DNA of 64,000 nt from an uncultured Candidatus Saccharibacteria bacterium (GCA_964641025.1 CAZXJP010000005.1:21628-85627); one strand, 5' to 3'; shown: positions 44,192 to 52,993, counted from the first letter of the stretch. A program made the numbers and translations. The notes: a model not told the origin generated them from the letters alone.

Positions 44192-44818
44192 TTATTTAAC
44201 CTCCCGTGTCAGCCAGTCCTTGATGACTGGTACAGATTTCGTTGAAAGTACGATGTGATCTGCGTTCAGAATGTGATAGACATTTAGGAAAGTCGCTCCT
44301 ACTAGCACTACGTTTTGTAGGTTTGAAGTAGCGCGGATTAGTTCCGGAGACTTCTCGTCTACTACTAGTAGTACTTTTCGATCAAACTTGTTCGTTTCTA
44401 GGAACTTAGCGACTTCAGCCGTCTTTCCAGTAGTCTTTACGTCTTTTACTACAACTTTCTTCGCCTGATTGGCTAGTGTCAGCGCTTGGCGAAGCGCGAC
44501 ACGCTTTGCTGTAGTAGATAGACGCTTGCTGTAGTTTTCGTTGCCGCGAGGGCCAAATACTACACCACCACCACGCCAGATTGGGTTACGCGAGCTACCA
44601 AATCGTGCTCGACCGGTACCTTTTTGGCGCCATGGTTTTTTACCACCACCGCGTACTTCACCACGTTGTAATGTAGTAGCGCTGGATAGTCGGTTGTTTG
44701 CAAGGTATGTGTCATACGCCTGCTTTACCAACTCATGGTTTTCGACTTCTACGCCGAATACTTCCTTTGGAAGGCTCACAGCTTTTGCAGCTGCTGGTTT
44801 TTTCGCAGTTTCAGCCAT
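44192..44818 (-). CDS. rplD: 50S ribosomal protein L4
   Basis: GGGKKPWRQKGTGRAR. Confidence 0.95.
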   Translation of the reverse strand: MAETAKKPAAAKAVSLPKEVFGVEVENHELVKQAYDTYLANNRLSSATTLQRGEVRGGGKKPWRQKGTGRARFGSSRNPIWRGGGVVFGPRGNENYSKRLSTTAKRVALRQALTLANQAKKVVVKDVKTTGKTAEVAKFLETNKFDRKVLLVVDEKSPELIRATSNLQNVVLVGATFLNVYHILNADHIVLSTKSVPVIKDWLTREVK

Positions 44819-45429
44819 TATGCCTTACCTCCGATTTCTATCAGACCCTTGTTAGGTCCAGGTACAGCGCCCTTTAGGCCGATCAGATTATTGGTCGGAT
44901 CAACATAGGCTACGACTAGGTTCTTGACCGTAACTCGATCGTGCCCCATGCGTCCAGCCATGCGCTTGCCCTTAAAGACCTTTTGCGGATACATAGATCC
45001 GATTGAACCAGGACGACGGACGTATCCGTTGCCACCATGGGTCTTTTTACTGGTGTTAAAGTTGTGCCGTTTTACGTTACCCGCAAAACCTTTACCTTTG
45101 CTTGTGCCGGTAGCGTCTACGATGTCACCCAGTTCAAACTGGCTAACGTCGAATTTGTCGCCGACCTTCAGCTCTGGTAGTTCTGCAACGCGAAACTCCC
45201 GAACATGCTTCGGAGTCACTTGGGCTGGTTTTGTATGACCAGCTACGGCCTTGCTCAGGTTCTTACCCTCACCAAATGCCACTTGAACTGCGTTGTAGCC
45301 GTCTGAATCGACGGACTTGACCTGAGTCACAGTCACAGGGCCAGCTTGAATCAACGTTACAGGTGTCGCAACGCCGTCCTTGCTGATGATTTGGGTCATA
45401 CCAATTTTGGTACCGAGAAGTGCTTTCAT
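44818..45429 (-). CDS. rplC: 50S ribosomal protein L3
   Basis: LLGTKIGMTQI ... FKGKRMAGRMG. Confidence 0.95.
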   Translation of the reverse strand: MKALLGTKIGMTQIISKDGVATPVTLIQAGPVTVTQVKSVDSDGYNAVQVAFGEGKNLSKAVAGHTKPAQVTPKHVREFRVAELPELKVGDKFDVSQFELGDIVDATGTSKGKGFAGNVKRHNFNTSKKTHGGNGYVRRPGSIGSMYPQKVFKGKRMAGRMGHDRVTVKNLVVAYVDPTNNLIGLKGAVPGPNKGLIEIGGKA

Positions 45430-45636
45430 CGCCCTTTTCTCCCATTTAAAACCTCCGGTGGCGAGTAGTATCCGGGGCTTTCCCTAGACTTGCTCATTCA
45501 CGCGGAAGCGAGTTTATATTTCGTACTTTCAATAAGTTACCAATCAATCCTATCATAAAAATAGAGGTAGGTCAATACTTTTCTATCTGTAACGCTTATT
45601 TTTGTAAAACTTGCTTTTTTGGTTTAGCATTGAGGT

Positions 45637-45972
45637 ATGGAAAAATCTACAGAACGCAAACGATACAATCACGACGAGGCCGTCGCGTTGGACGCCAGAA
45701 TAGAAGAATTAACCTTACTTAACACCGAGAACGAGGATCAAACAACAGAGGCCGAACCAGAAGTTAACATTGATGCTATAACCACTAGAATGGCAGAAAT
45801 CGCGACTCGAATGGAAGAAATGCTGGCTAAATACTCTCCCAAAAGTACCAACACAGAGTCTGAAGTTCAATCAGATACTGCAACGACCGACGAAGAAGAC
45901 GTCGATGACAGTGATGACGATGACGCGTACGATCATCCCGATTTCGAAGACATCTATCCGTACTTTCGGTAG
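45637..45972 (+). CDS. small highly acidic hypothetical protein
   Basis: 111-aa ORF with a D/E-rich tail. Confidence 0.4.
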   Translation: MEKSTERKRYNHDEAVALDARIEELTLLNTENEDQTTEAEPEVNIDAITTRMAEIATRMEEMLAKYSPKSTNTESEVQSDTATTDEEDVDDSDDDDAYDHPDFEDIYPYFR

Positions 45973-45987
45973 CGTATAATAAGGGTA

Positions 45988-46902
45988 GTGCTCGGAATCA
46001 GTAGTAAAAAGGTAAAAAACAGACACCTAGTCTTGGCAGGGGTCTTGTTAGCATTGTCGATTACCACGGTCGCTGGCGTTCAAATCGCCAAACACTATGC
46101 CAACCAGAATACACAGGCGACTGTCAAAAAAACCGCTGCGTATCTAGAAGACCTAGACAAAAAAATAGCCGACGTACGTGAAAAGCGTATAGCTGAACAA
46201 AAGGCCAAAGAGGAAGCCGAACGAAAAGCAAAAGAAGCCGCAAAAAAGGCGGAAGCCAAACGCAAGGCCGAAGCCGAGGCAGCCCTACAGGCACAGTTGG
46301 CGGGTCAGGTGGTTACCCCATCCGCCTGCAAGATAAGCGGCGCGCACGGCAACCCTAGTGCAATAGACGTCGTAGTCAACAAAAAACGATGCCTCAACCC
46401 CGTAAACTTCGTGCCTTCTGATTTGGTATCTTATAGTGGCTATCTCGTTAGTAACAAAATACTTGCGAAATTAACAGCCATGATCAACGCGGCGTCAACA
46501 GCCGGTGAATCACTAGGCCTTACTAGCGCCTATCGCTCATACGACAACCAAGTTTCCACTTATAACTACTGGGTCAATTACCATGGCAGCACGGCTGTCG
46601 CGGACACTATCAGCGCGCGACCTGGATATAGTGAACATCAGACGGGTTTTGCTATAGATTTGTCGGGTAGTGGTCAAAATTTGAATGGCTTCGCAGGCAC
46701 TAGTGAATACACGTGGATGAAAAAGAACGGGCATAAGTACGGCTTTATCCAACGATATAAATCTGGCTACGAGTCTATCACTGGCTATAGCGCGGAAGCA
46801 TGGCACTGGCGCTATGTCGGGGTCTCGGTCGCTACGGACATGAAGAACAAGGGTATTCATACACTGGAACAATACTGGGGAATTCAAGGGGGCGGATATT
46901 AG
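45988..46902 (+). CDS. M15B (VanY-type) D-alanyl-D-alanine carboxypeptidase, membrane anchored
   Basis: TM anchor, a KAEAK coiled-coil stretch, then SAYRSYDNQ, PGYSEHQTGFAIDL and EAWHWRYVG. Confidence 0.75.
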   Translation: MLGISSKKVKNRHLVLAGVLLALSITTVAGVQIAKHYANQNTQATVKKTAAYLEDLDKKIADVREKRIAEQKAKEEAERKAKEAAKKAEAKRKAEAEAALQAQLAGQVVTPSACKISGAHGNPSAIDVVVNKKRCLNPVNFVPSDLVSYSGYLVSNKILAKLTAMINAASTAGESLGLTSAYRSYDNQVSTYNYWVNYHGSTAVADTISARPGYSEHQTGFAIDLSGSGQNLNGFAGTSEYTWMKKNGHKYGFIQRYKSGYESITGYSAEAWHWRYVGVSVATDMKNKGIHTLEQYWGIQGGGY

Positions 46903-47240
46903 ATAACTATGCCTGCAGGAACAAAGTAGCTAAGTATAGTCACAATAACTAGTACCGCGAACCATATTTTGCGATCCAATTGGTTTTTTTCGAATAGTCT
47001 AATAGCAACCAGGGCCAATAGTGTGCCTAGCGGAAAGGCCGCGACGATTATACCGTTCCATTCCATGGGGATTGCCAATTTTAGCCATAGCGTACCCAGT
47101 AGTACAACAGTGACTAACTTTAAAAAATATACCCCGTCGCCTTCTGACAAATGATATCCCACGTTATTACGACCCCTGTTGCGAGCATATGTGCGATGAC
47201 GCGGTTTTCGATATTGTGTTTGTGTTTGTGACATTTTCAA
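46899..47240 (-). CDS. small membrane protein
   Basis: 113 aa with a basic N-terminus and three hydrophobic helices. Confidence 0.4.
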   Translation of the reverse strand: MKMSQTQTQYRKPRHRTYARNRGRNNVGYHLSEGDGVYFLKLVTVVLLGTLWLKLAIPMEWNGIIVAAFPLGTLLALVAIRLFEKNQLDRKIWFAVLVIVTILSYFVPAGIVI

Positions 47241-47282
47241 CTATTTTAGCATAATCGTTGTGCATATGATACTGACAAATAG

Positions 47283-47314
47283 AAAAATCCCCAAGGAAAT
47301 CCTGGAGGATTTTT
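47283..47314 (-). terminator. hairpin after rpsJ
   Basis: AAAAATCC ... GGATTTTT stem with an internal CCTCCAGG region, then a T-rich run on the minus strand. Confidence 0.4.
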
Positions 47315-47326
47315 CATGGTACGAAA

Positions 47327-47650
47327 TTACATTCGAATTTCAGCGTCTACGCCAGCAGGCAATGACAGATTCTGCAAGCTGTCGATAGTCTTTGGCGTAG
47401 CGTTGGTGATGTCGATCAGGCGTTTGTGTACGCGCATCTCAAATGACTCACCACCTGTTTTGTACACATGGGGGCTTTTGACCACTGTGTAGTTACTACG
47501 ACGCGTAGGAAGAGGTACTGGGCCTGCAATACTGGCGCCTGTACGAATAGCCGTGTCGATAATTTGTTTTGCTGATTGGTCGATAACCTTGTGGTCATAG
47601 GCCTTTAGTCGGATGCGAATTCGCAATCCTTCTGGTTTTGCATCTGCCAT
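47327..47650 (-). CDS. rpsJ: 30S ribosomal protein S10
   Basis: [21 protein letters not shown] ... [12 protein letters not shown]. Confidence 0.95.
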   Translation of the reverse strand: MADAKPEGLRIRIRLKAYDHKVIDQSAKQIIDTAIRTGASIAGPVPLPTRRSNYTVVKSPHVYKTGGESFEMRVHKRLIDITNATPKTIDSLQNLSLPAGVDAEIRM

Positions 47651-47759
47651 GATAGTAGATACCTTTCTATTGTGCTATACCGTAACCTTGGTCAGGTTTT
47701 GCGACTTACGTTTTGCGCTCACAGCCAAGTTCTCGGTATGATTATTTAATACATATATA

Positions 47760-47788
47760 CTTATATCACAGATGTAGGCTATCGACAA
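47760..47788 (-). promoter_or_regulatory. sigma70-like promoter for rpsJ
   Basis: On the minus strand: TTGTCG - 17 nt - TATAAG, about 110 nt upstream of the rpsJ ATG. Confidence 0.5.
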
Positions 47789-47810
47789 GTCGTACACATG
47801 ATGTTATAGT
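47782..47810 (+). promoter_or_regulatory. promoter of the plus-strand cassette array
   Basis: TCGACA - 17 nt - TATAGT with an extended -10 TG (TGTTATAGT). Its -35 overlaps the rpsJ -35 on the other strand. Confidence 0.5.
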
Positions 47811-47839
47811 TGTGCAAGTTTCCGAGTCTAGGAGGAGAT

Positions 47840-47896
47840 ATGGAAATCGCACAAGCTCTACCCGGTAAAAGCGCCAGTGGCGTCAGAGGCCCATAG
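47840..47896 (+). CDS. 18-codon leader ORF (MEIAQALPGKSASGVRGP), probable remnant
   Basis: It has the same TCTAGGAGGAGATATGGAA start context, and similar first residues, as the 48311 gene. Confidence 0.25.
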   Translation: MEIAQALPGKSASGVRGP

Positions 47897-47908
47897 GAGG
47901 CGACAGTG

Positions 47909-48205
47909 ATGGACACGCAGGAAAAGTACGAGTACGAGTTCAACCACGCGTACCACAACGTAGCGGAGCTCCTGGTGATGTACACCGGTGTTGATATGGT
48001 CGACATCAACGTCACCAGAACCCTATCTGATCTGGGACTCAGCCATCTAGAGCGCATCCAGCTACGGCTGAAGCTCCAAGAGCTGTTCGACGAGATGGAC
48101 GAATTCACGGACGACGAGTTCAATGGGTTCCCCAATACCTCTGTTGGCAGGCTGGTCGACATGATTCTGCAGAAGCGCGGGATCGAAATCGCCCCTCCAC
48201 AGTAG
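47909..48205 (+). CDS. carrier-protein-like small acidic protein (ACP/PCP fold?)
   Basis: LSDLGLSHLERIQLRLKLQELFD resembles the DLGxDSL helix II region, but Ser and His are swapped relative to the canonical (D/H)S. AGGAGG precedes the start. The segment looks GC-richer than its surroundings by eye. Confidence 0.35.
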   Translation: MDTQEKYEYEFNHAYHNVAELLVMYTGVDMVDINVTRTLSDLGLSHLERIQLRLKLQELFDEMDEFTDDEFNGFPNTSVGRLVDMILQKRGIEIAPPQ

Positions 48206-48212
48206 GGCCACA

Positions 48213-48283
48213 CCCGTCAAACCACGTGAAGATCCGCTGGACCTCCGTGGTCTGGCGGGTTTTCGCATTTTATGTTATAATAG
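48213..48283 (+). repeat. intergenic module, copy 1 (hairpin + T-run + TGTTATAAT)
   Basis: About 80 percent identical by eye to 48626-48695. Ends in TGGTCTGGCGGGTTTTCGCATTTTATGTTATAATA. Confidence 0.8.
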
Positions 48284-48310
48284 ATGTTGTTCCCGATTCT
48301 AGGAGGAGAT

Positions 48311-48583
48311 ATGGAACTAACACAAGTCGCCCCAAGCGCGGCTATCACGGTCGGCAGATTTGACCATTCACACCGAAGCACCGTCATGCGTGTCTATCGC
48401 GAGTTCATGAATCCGCGGGACGCGCGCGACGCGGACAAGGTGTACAGCCTCGGTGTCGGTGAATCAAAGCGTGTACTGGAATGGTCCAACAACATTCCTT
48501 TTACCCGTGTTCATTTCCCGCTTCCCTGCCGCATTACGAATGTGGACGGCCGGCTGGTCAAAACCGTGTGGCGTAGACCGTAA
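48311..48583 (+). CDS. hypothetical protein (90 aa)
   Basis: AGGAGG 48301-48306 followed by ATG 48311. Flanked on both sides by the repeated module. Confidence 0.45.
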   Translation: MELTQVAPSAAITVGRFDHSHRSTVMRVYREFMNPRDARDADKVYSLGVGESKRVLEWSNNIPFTRVHFPLPCRITNVDGRLVKTVWRRP

Positions 48584-48625
48584 GCAACCCGACGAGGTCG
48601 GCACTGCTGTAACCTCACCCCATTT

Positions 48626-48695
48626 CCCGTCAACCATGTCGAAGCCTGTCAGGCCTCCATGGTCTGGCGGGTTTTCGCATTTTGTGTTATAATAA
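48626..48695 (+). repeat. intergenic module, copy 2
   Basis: See copy 1. Ends in TGGTCTGGCGGGTTTTCGCATTTTGTGTTATAATA. Confidence 0.8.
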
Positions 48696-48717
48696 TGCTA
48701 CTCAAGGAGATATACAC

Positions 48718-50112
48718 GTGGCATTGATAGAATCCAGTAGTTATTATGAACGGGAGCGCCTAGACAAAGAGGCGCAGGACAAACACAGGGAAAAAGTTCA
48801 CAATATTGAACATATTGTGAATATGTTCCCTATTTATGGCCTTCTAGAGGATTTATACAAATCCCTTAATCAAGATTATGTCCAGTTTGGTGGCGTACAC
48901 CCAAGCTATCGCTATGACGTTGACGATTTTATTGGCATAAAAGGATCTGCAAGCAAAATTGATTATGGAAAAAAACTGGATAAAATCGAGCTTACTAGTT
49001 ATGGTTCGATAGGTCATACGATGTTTATTGAAATGATACGAACAAAGCTTGCCGAAAAGGATCCCTCATACCACTATCACGTAGGCGTTAGTTATGACGC
49101 ACGAAAGCTCGACAACGGTAGGATTTGTAATGATTCAAAAGAGCTAAAGCTCTCTGTAACCGCTACGCCTAAGTCAGAACATAGCGAACCAACTCCATTA
49201 CTAGAGCCCCAGGTAGCCGTAATGCCTCAGACCACACCTATAGCTGAACCGATTCAAAACCCAGAGACACCACAAAATAATATCTCAACTGCGGGACTAT
49301 TGAACAACGAATCGCTCTCGATACGAAATGAAAAATCTGCAGAAATGCAGAGAATTGTTGAATATTTCCGTCAGTATCATTCAGATCAACTCGTCCAAGA
49401 AATCGTGGATGATATGAACAAAAGATATAAAAACGACCCTACCCGTAGCAACCAATTCAGTGGCTTCACCTTTTTCAGCGACGACGGTAGTGTTGGTTTA
49501 GAAAACCTCTCATTGTTCCGTAGCGATTCAGAAGGCTACGACCTCTTTACTGCTATGGTAATTGAGCAAATGAATGCACGTGACCCTTCATATAGCTATT
49601 CTATTCCTCTCTTTTCGTACGGTGACTCTACCGAGCTACCAAACGACCGGGGGCCAGAAAGATGCTGCCCGCATTTTCAAATATGTGTAATAGCGGAGCC
49701 GAAGCCTGCAATTGAAGCGCAGACGCCACGACCTGTCAAAGAGGTAAAAACCTTAAACCCAGAGCCGTCACAAACAGAAACAGCGACACCTACAGATAAT
49801 ACCAATTACTGGGATAACGAGGATAATTATCGGTTAGATTTAGATCGTCGATTCGAAGACTACCCCTCTATCCCGCCACAAGAACTCATAGAGGAAGAAC
49901 TTGATAGCTACGATGCCGTACTCGAGTTTGACAGAGAATACCATCCAGAGTTGAGAGTATCAGACGACGCGGCATATTGGGACGCAACGAACGTAGTTCA
50001 TTACGGGGCTGCAAAACGATACCGTAGTACACATGACCATCTACTTGAACGTGCGATGGGGCTCCAACCTGGACAGCTGGTATATGCACCAGACGCACCC
50101 CAAATTGACTAG
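48718..50112 (+). CDS. hypothetical protein with an internal duplication
   Basis: GTG 48718 follows AAGGAG. Two similar segments each contain ...IE.M...DPSY.Y..., and they are separated by a Pro/Thr/Glu-rich linker. Confidence 0.5.
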   Translation: MALIESSSYYERERLDKEAQDKHREKVHNIEHIVNMFPIYGLLEDLYKSLNQDYVQFGGVHPSYRYDVDDFIGIKGSASKIDYGKKLDKIELTSYGSIGHTMFIEMIRTKLAEKDPSYHYHVGVSYDARKLDNGRICNDSKELKLSVTATPKSEHSEPTPLLEPQVAVMPQTTPIAEPIQNPETPQNNISTAGLLNNESLSIRNEKSAEMQRIVEYFRQYHSDQLVQEIVDDMNKRYKNDPTRSNQFSGFTFFSDDGSVGLENLSLFRSDSEGYDLFTAMVIEQMNARDPSYSYSIPLFSYGDSTELPNDRGPERCCPHFQICVIAEPKPAIEAQTPRPVKEVKTLNPEPSQTETATPTDNTNYWDNEDNYRLDLDRRFEDYPSIPPQELIEEELDSYDAVLEFDREYHPELRVSDDAAYWDATNVVHYGAAKRYRSTHDHLLERAMGLQPGQLVYAPDAPQID

Positions 50113-50135
50113 AACTGGAATATTTTACGTTTTTG

Positions 50136-50144
50136 TGGTATAAT
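50136..50144 (+). promoter_or_regulatory. extended -10 element TGGTATAAT
   Basis: Lies 20 nt upstream of ATG 50164, with AGAGG between. Confidence 0.45.
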
Positions 50145-50163
50145 GAAGAGATAGAGGTACATT

Positions 50164-50553
50164 ATGTCACCAGAGCGGGAACCAAGAGGACACGTAGAGA
50201 TTACACAGGACGATAGAATTCGCCTGTCAAATGACGTCCTCGAGGTAATCCAAACTCACTTCGGAATAGGCACTGTTCAGGAAATAGAAATAGGGTTTCA
50301 ACGCATACTGCAGGAATCCGAGATCGAAGGATTAACGGATGCAGATGCGCTTGACGTACCATACGAAACCTTCAAGAATATTGGCGCTATGCTACAGGAA
50401 CTCTTGCGTGATTATGGCGATCAACGTACCGTCAAAGTTCGCGCCGACCGTATATTTCACATATTGTACGACCCTACTACCCCAGAAAAGGCTGCCATGG
50501 GTATGCCAAAACATATTCGCAATCTCCTGCCCGGTATGCGACCTCCCCGTTAG
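50164..50553 (+). CDS. hypothetical protein
   Basis: 129-aa ORF. No motif recognised. Confidence 0.45.
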   Translation: MSPEREPRGHVEITQDDRIRLSNDVLEVIQTHFGIGTVQEIEIGFQRILQESEIEGLTDADALDVPYETFKNIGAMLQELLRDYGDQRTVKVRADRIFHILYDPTTPEKAAMGMPKHIRNLLPGMRPPR

Positions 50554-50591
50554 TTTGCAATCCATCATGCATATGCATATACTTGCTAATT

Positions 50592-51029
50592 ATGAATGAC
50601 CTAGAACCAAACATAGACCCTGCGCAGGCCGAACACGACGAAACGGAATTACCAACTATAGAGGAGTTAGAGTATCCAAAACACGACCTTGCGACAGCCT
50701 CGCGCGTCCTGGGTGTATTATCAAATCCAAAAGTAGCCGAGATATATAATGAATGCGTCATACATATCAATGACGAAGAAAAGTTCCAGCAAACCTTCGC
50801 CGACCTACGCCAAGTCTGTAACGTGGCACGTGACGAGGTAGACGAAAGACTGCATACATTAGCCCCAGTTGGATTGGCTTTTTGCTATGCGTCTGCATAT
50901 CAAGAAACGGGTCACTCGCATGAACGCGATAGCGAACTAAAAGCACTATTGCCTACATTTGCGCCATTCGACAGGAATGAACAGCGATTACACGACTACA
51001 CAAAGCAAGCCTTGGGTATATACGAATAA
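50592..51029 (+). CDS. hypothetical acidic protein
   Basis: ATG 50592 (MNDLEPN). The track's TTG start at 50583 is an alternative. Confidence 0.45.
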   Translation: MNDLEPNIDPAQAEHDETELPTIEELEYPKHDLATASRVLGVLSNPKVAEIYNECVIHINDEEKFQQTFADLRQVCNVARDEVDERLHTLAPVGLAFCYASAYQETGHSHERDSELKALLPTFAPFDRNEQRLHDYTKQALGIYE

Positions 51030-51042
51030 AACCTATAAATAG

Positions 51043-51069
51043 AAAACACCGCCATTACGGCGGTGTTTT
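51043..51069. terminator. bidirectional rho-independent terminator (cassette array / tuf)
   Basis: AAAACACCGCC-ATTAC-GGCGGTGTTTT between convergent genes. Confidence 0.7.
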
Positions 51070-51087
51070 CATTGGTGATAACTCTGA

Positions 51088-52272
51088 TTATTTAGTAATC
51101 TTCGTTACGACACCTGCACCAACGGTGCGGCCACCTTCACGGATAGCGAAGCGTAGACCATCATCCATAGCGATTGGAGATAGAAGCTTTACGTTAAACG
51201 TTACAGTGTCACCAGGCATGACCATTTCTTTGTCTGCTGGTAGCTCAACTTCACCAGTTACGTCAGTTGTACGGAAGTAGAACTGTGGTTTGTAACCCTT
51301 GCTGAATGGTGTGTGGCGTCCGCCTTCTTCTTTCTTCAAGATGTAGACTTCTGCTGCAAATTCAGTGTGTGGAGTCAATGTGCCAGGCTTTACAACTACC
51401 TGACCACGCTCGATTTGTTCGCGCTCGATACCTCGTAGCAATAGTCCAGCGTTGTCACCAGCCTGACCTTGGTCTAGGTTCTTCTTGAAAGCTTCGATAC
51501 CTGTTACGACAGATTTTTGTGTGTCGCGGATACCAACAATTTCAACTTCGTCGTTTAGCTTTACGATACCTTGTTCAATACGACCGGTAGCAACTGTTCC
51601 ACGACCCTTGATCGAGAAAACGTCCTCGATAGGCATTAGGAATGATTTGTCTAGGTCGCGCTTTGGCTCTTCGATGTAGTCATCAAGTGCTTTTACTAGT
51701 TCCATGATAGCGTCTTCGCTTGCAGCGTCGCCTTCTAGAGCTTTAGTAGCAGAACCCTTGATGATAGGAGCGTTGTCGCCATCATAACCGTTCTTGGTCA
51801 ATAGTTCGCGTACATCCATTTCAACTAGTTCGACTAGCTCTTCGTCAGCTAGGTCCATCTTGTTTAGGAATACTACGATCTTTGGTACGTTCACCTGGTG
51901 AGCCAATAGTACGTGCTCACGAGTCTGTGGTAGTGGGCCATCGTTTGCTGCAACCACTAGGATCGCGCCATCGATTTGTGCGGCACCAGTGATCATGTTC
52001 TTGACGTAGTCAGCGTGTCCTGGCATGTCAACGTGAGCGTAGTGTCGGCTCTCTGATTCGTATTCTTGGTGAGAAGAAGCGATGGTTATACCACGTGCTT
52101 TTTCTTCTGGTGCGTTGTCAATTTGGTCGTAAGCGACTTGCTTGTTGACATCACTAGGTAGTTTTTTTGCGAGGACAGTCGTAATTGCTGCCGTCAGTGT
52201 TGTTTTACCGTGGTCAACGTGACCCATGGTACCAACGTTGACGTGCGGTTTGCTTCGATCGAAATCTGCCAT
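51088..52272 (-). CDS. tuf: elongation factor Tu
   Basis: [18 protein letters not shown] and NKMD motifs. 394 aa. Confidence 0.97.
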   Translation of the reverse strand: MADFDRSKPHVNVGTMGHVDHGKTTLTAAITTVLAKKLPSDVNKQVAYDQIDNAPEEKARGITIASSHQEYESESRHYAHVDMPGHADYVKNMITGAAQIDGAILVVAANDGPLPQTREHVLLAHQVNVPKIVVFLNKMDLADEELVELVEMDVRELLTKNGYDGDNAPIIKGSATKALEGDAASEDAIMELVKALDDYIEEPKRDLDKSFLMPIEDVFSIKGRGTVATGRIEQGIVKLNDEVEIVGIRDTQKSVVTGIEAFKKNLDQGQAGDNAGLLLRGIEREQIERGQVVVKPGTLTPHTEFAAEVYILKKEEGGRHTPFSKGYKPQFYFRTTDVTGEVELPADKEMVMPGDTVTFNVKLLSPIAMDDGLRFAIREGGRTVGAGVVTKITK

Positions 52273-52396
52273 TGAGATTTTTCTCCTTCGCTGCCTTGCG
52301 AATTATTAATAAAAATTTTGACGCACAAATCTAATAGAGTTTATGCGACGTATGGATTAAATTATACACGCATTTTAGGGGTGTGTAAAGTGTTTT

Positions 52397-52987
52397 CTAG
52401 TTTAACTTTATGACTGGCAAGTCGCCCGTATAGAACTTCGCGACTACCTTGGCAACTGGGGCGAGTTCAGCACCCATGACATCCAGAGCCTCTTTGCCTA
52501 TATCGGGAATATCATTGTACCTAGTATATAAATCGATCAAAAATAGCGCCTTTTGACCAGGTCTCGCGGCGCAAAATGCGCGCAAATACGTCGGATTTTG
52601 TCTAGAAAATTCAAACTCACCATCTTTTATATACTCGTAACAGTCGCCGGCCAGATGACCATGCATTAAGTCTGGCCCGTCTTTTTTGGTTACGACACCG
52701 TCCGGCGTGAATACCCATGGCGCAGCCACGAATTCATCTGAATCGGTAAAGTTTCCAAACTGTACGTGGGCATGAGAAATAGCCTCGACACCGGCGCGTT
52801 CTAATACTTCCGTATAATTCGTAAAGCCGTTTACATCAGTTAGATCGTCGCCTGAGTCAGAGTAATACTCGCCCACTACGTCCGTACAGTATATTGAAGC
52901 ATCTCGTATACGCGGAAAATGATCGTTGTGACGGATATTGTCACGTACAACGTTCATATACCTCTGGTATTTCGATTGCTCACTCAT
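52397..52987 (-). CDS. hypothetical protein (probably leaderless mRNA)
   Basis: Start taken at ATG 52987 (MSEQSKY), 7 nt after a consensus -10. The longer track ORF would overlap the divergent gene. Confidence 0.45.
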   Translation of the reverse strand: MSEQSKYQRYMNVVRDNIRHNDHFPRIRDASIYCTDVVGEYYSDSGDDLTDVNGFTNYTEVLERAGVEAISHAHVQFGNFTDSDEFVAAPWVFTPDGVVTKKDGPDLMHGHLAGDCYEYIKDGEFEFSRQNPTYLRAFCAARPGQKALFLIDLYTRYNDIPDIGKEALDVMGAELAPVAKVVAKFYTGDLPVIKLN

Positions 52988-52993
52988 AGTTTC

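Noticed and set aside
45430-45636. Possible structured L4-type autoregulatory leader upstream of rplC
   Set aside because: Only short, weak hairpins (CGC-GGAA-GCG, CCGG...CCGG) could be seen by eye. There is not enough support without folding or covariation analysis.
47779-48268. Minus-strand ORFs 47779-48213 (144 aa) and 48062-48268 (68 aa)
   Set aside because: They are antisense to the carrier-protein-like gene in a GC-richer stretch and are Ser/Arg-rich. The start of the 144-aa ORF would sit inside the plus-strand terminator module. The plus-strand gene has a proper Shine-Dalgarno and promoter.
48213-48695. Possibility that the repeated modules or the 12-nt tandem repeat (29847-29897) are a CRISPR array
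   Set aside because: There are only two copies of the module, spaced about 413 nt apart and enclosing a gene. The 12-nt units are contiguous with no spacers. No cas genes are present.
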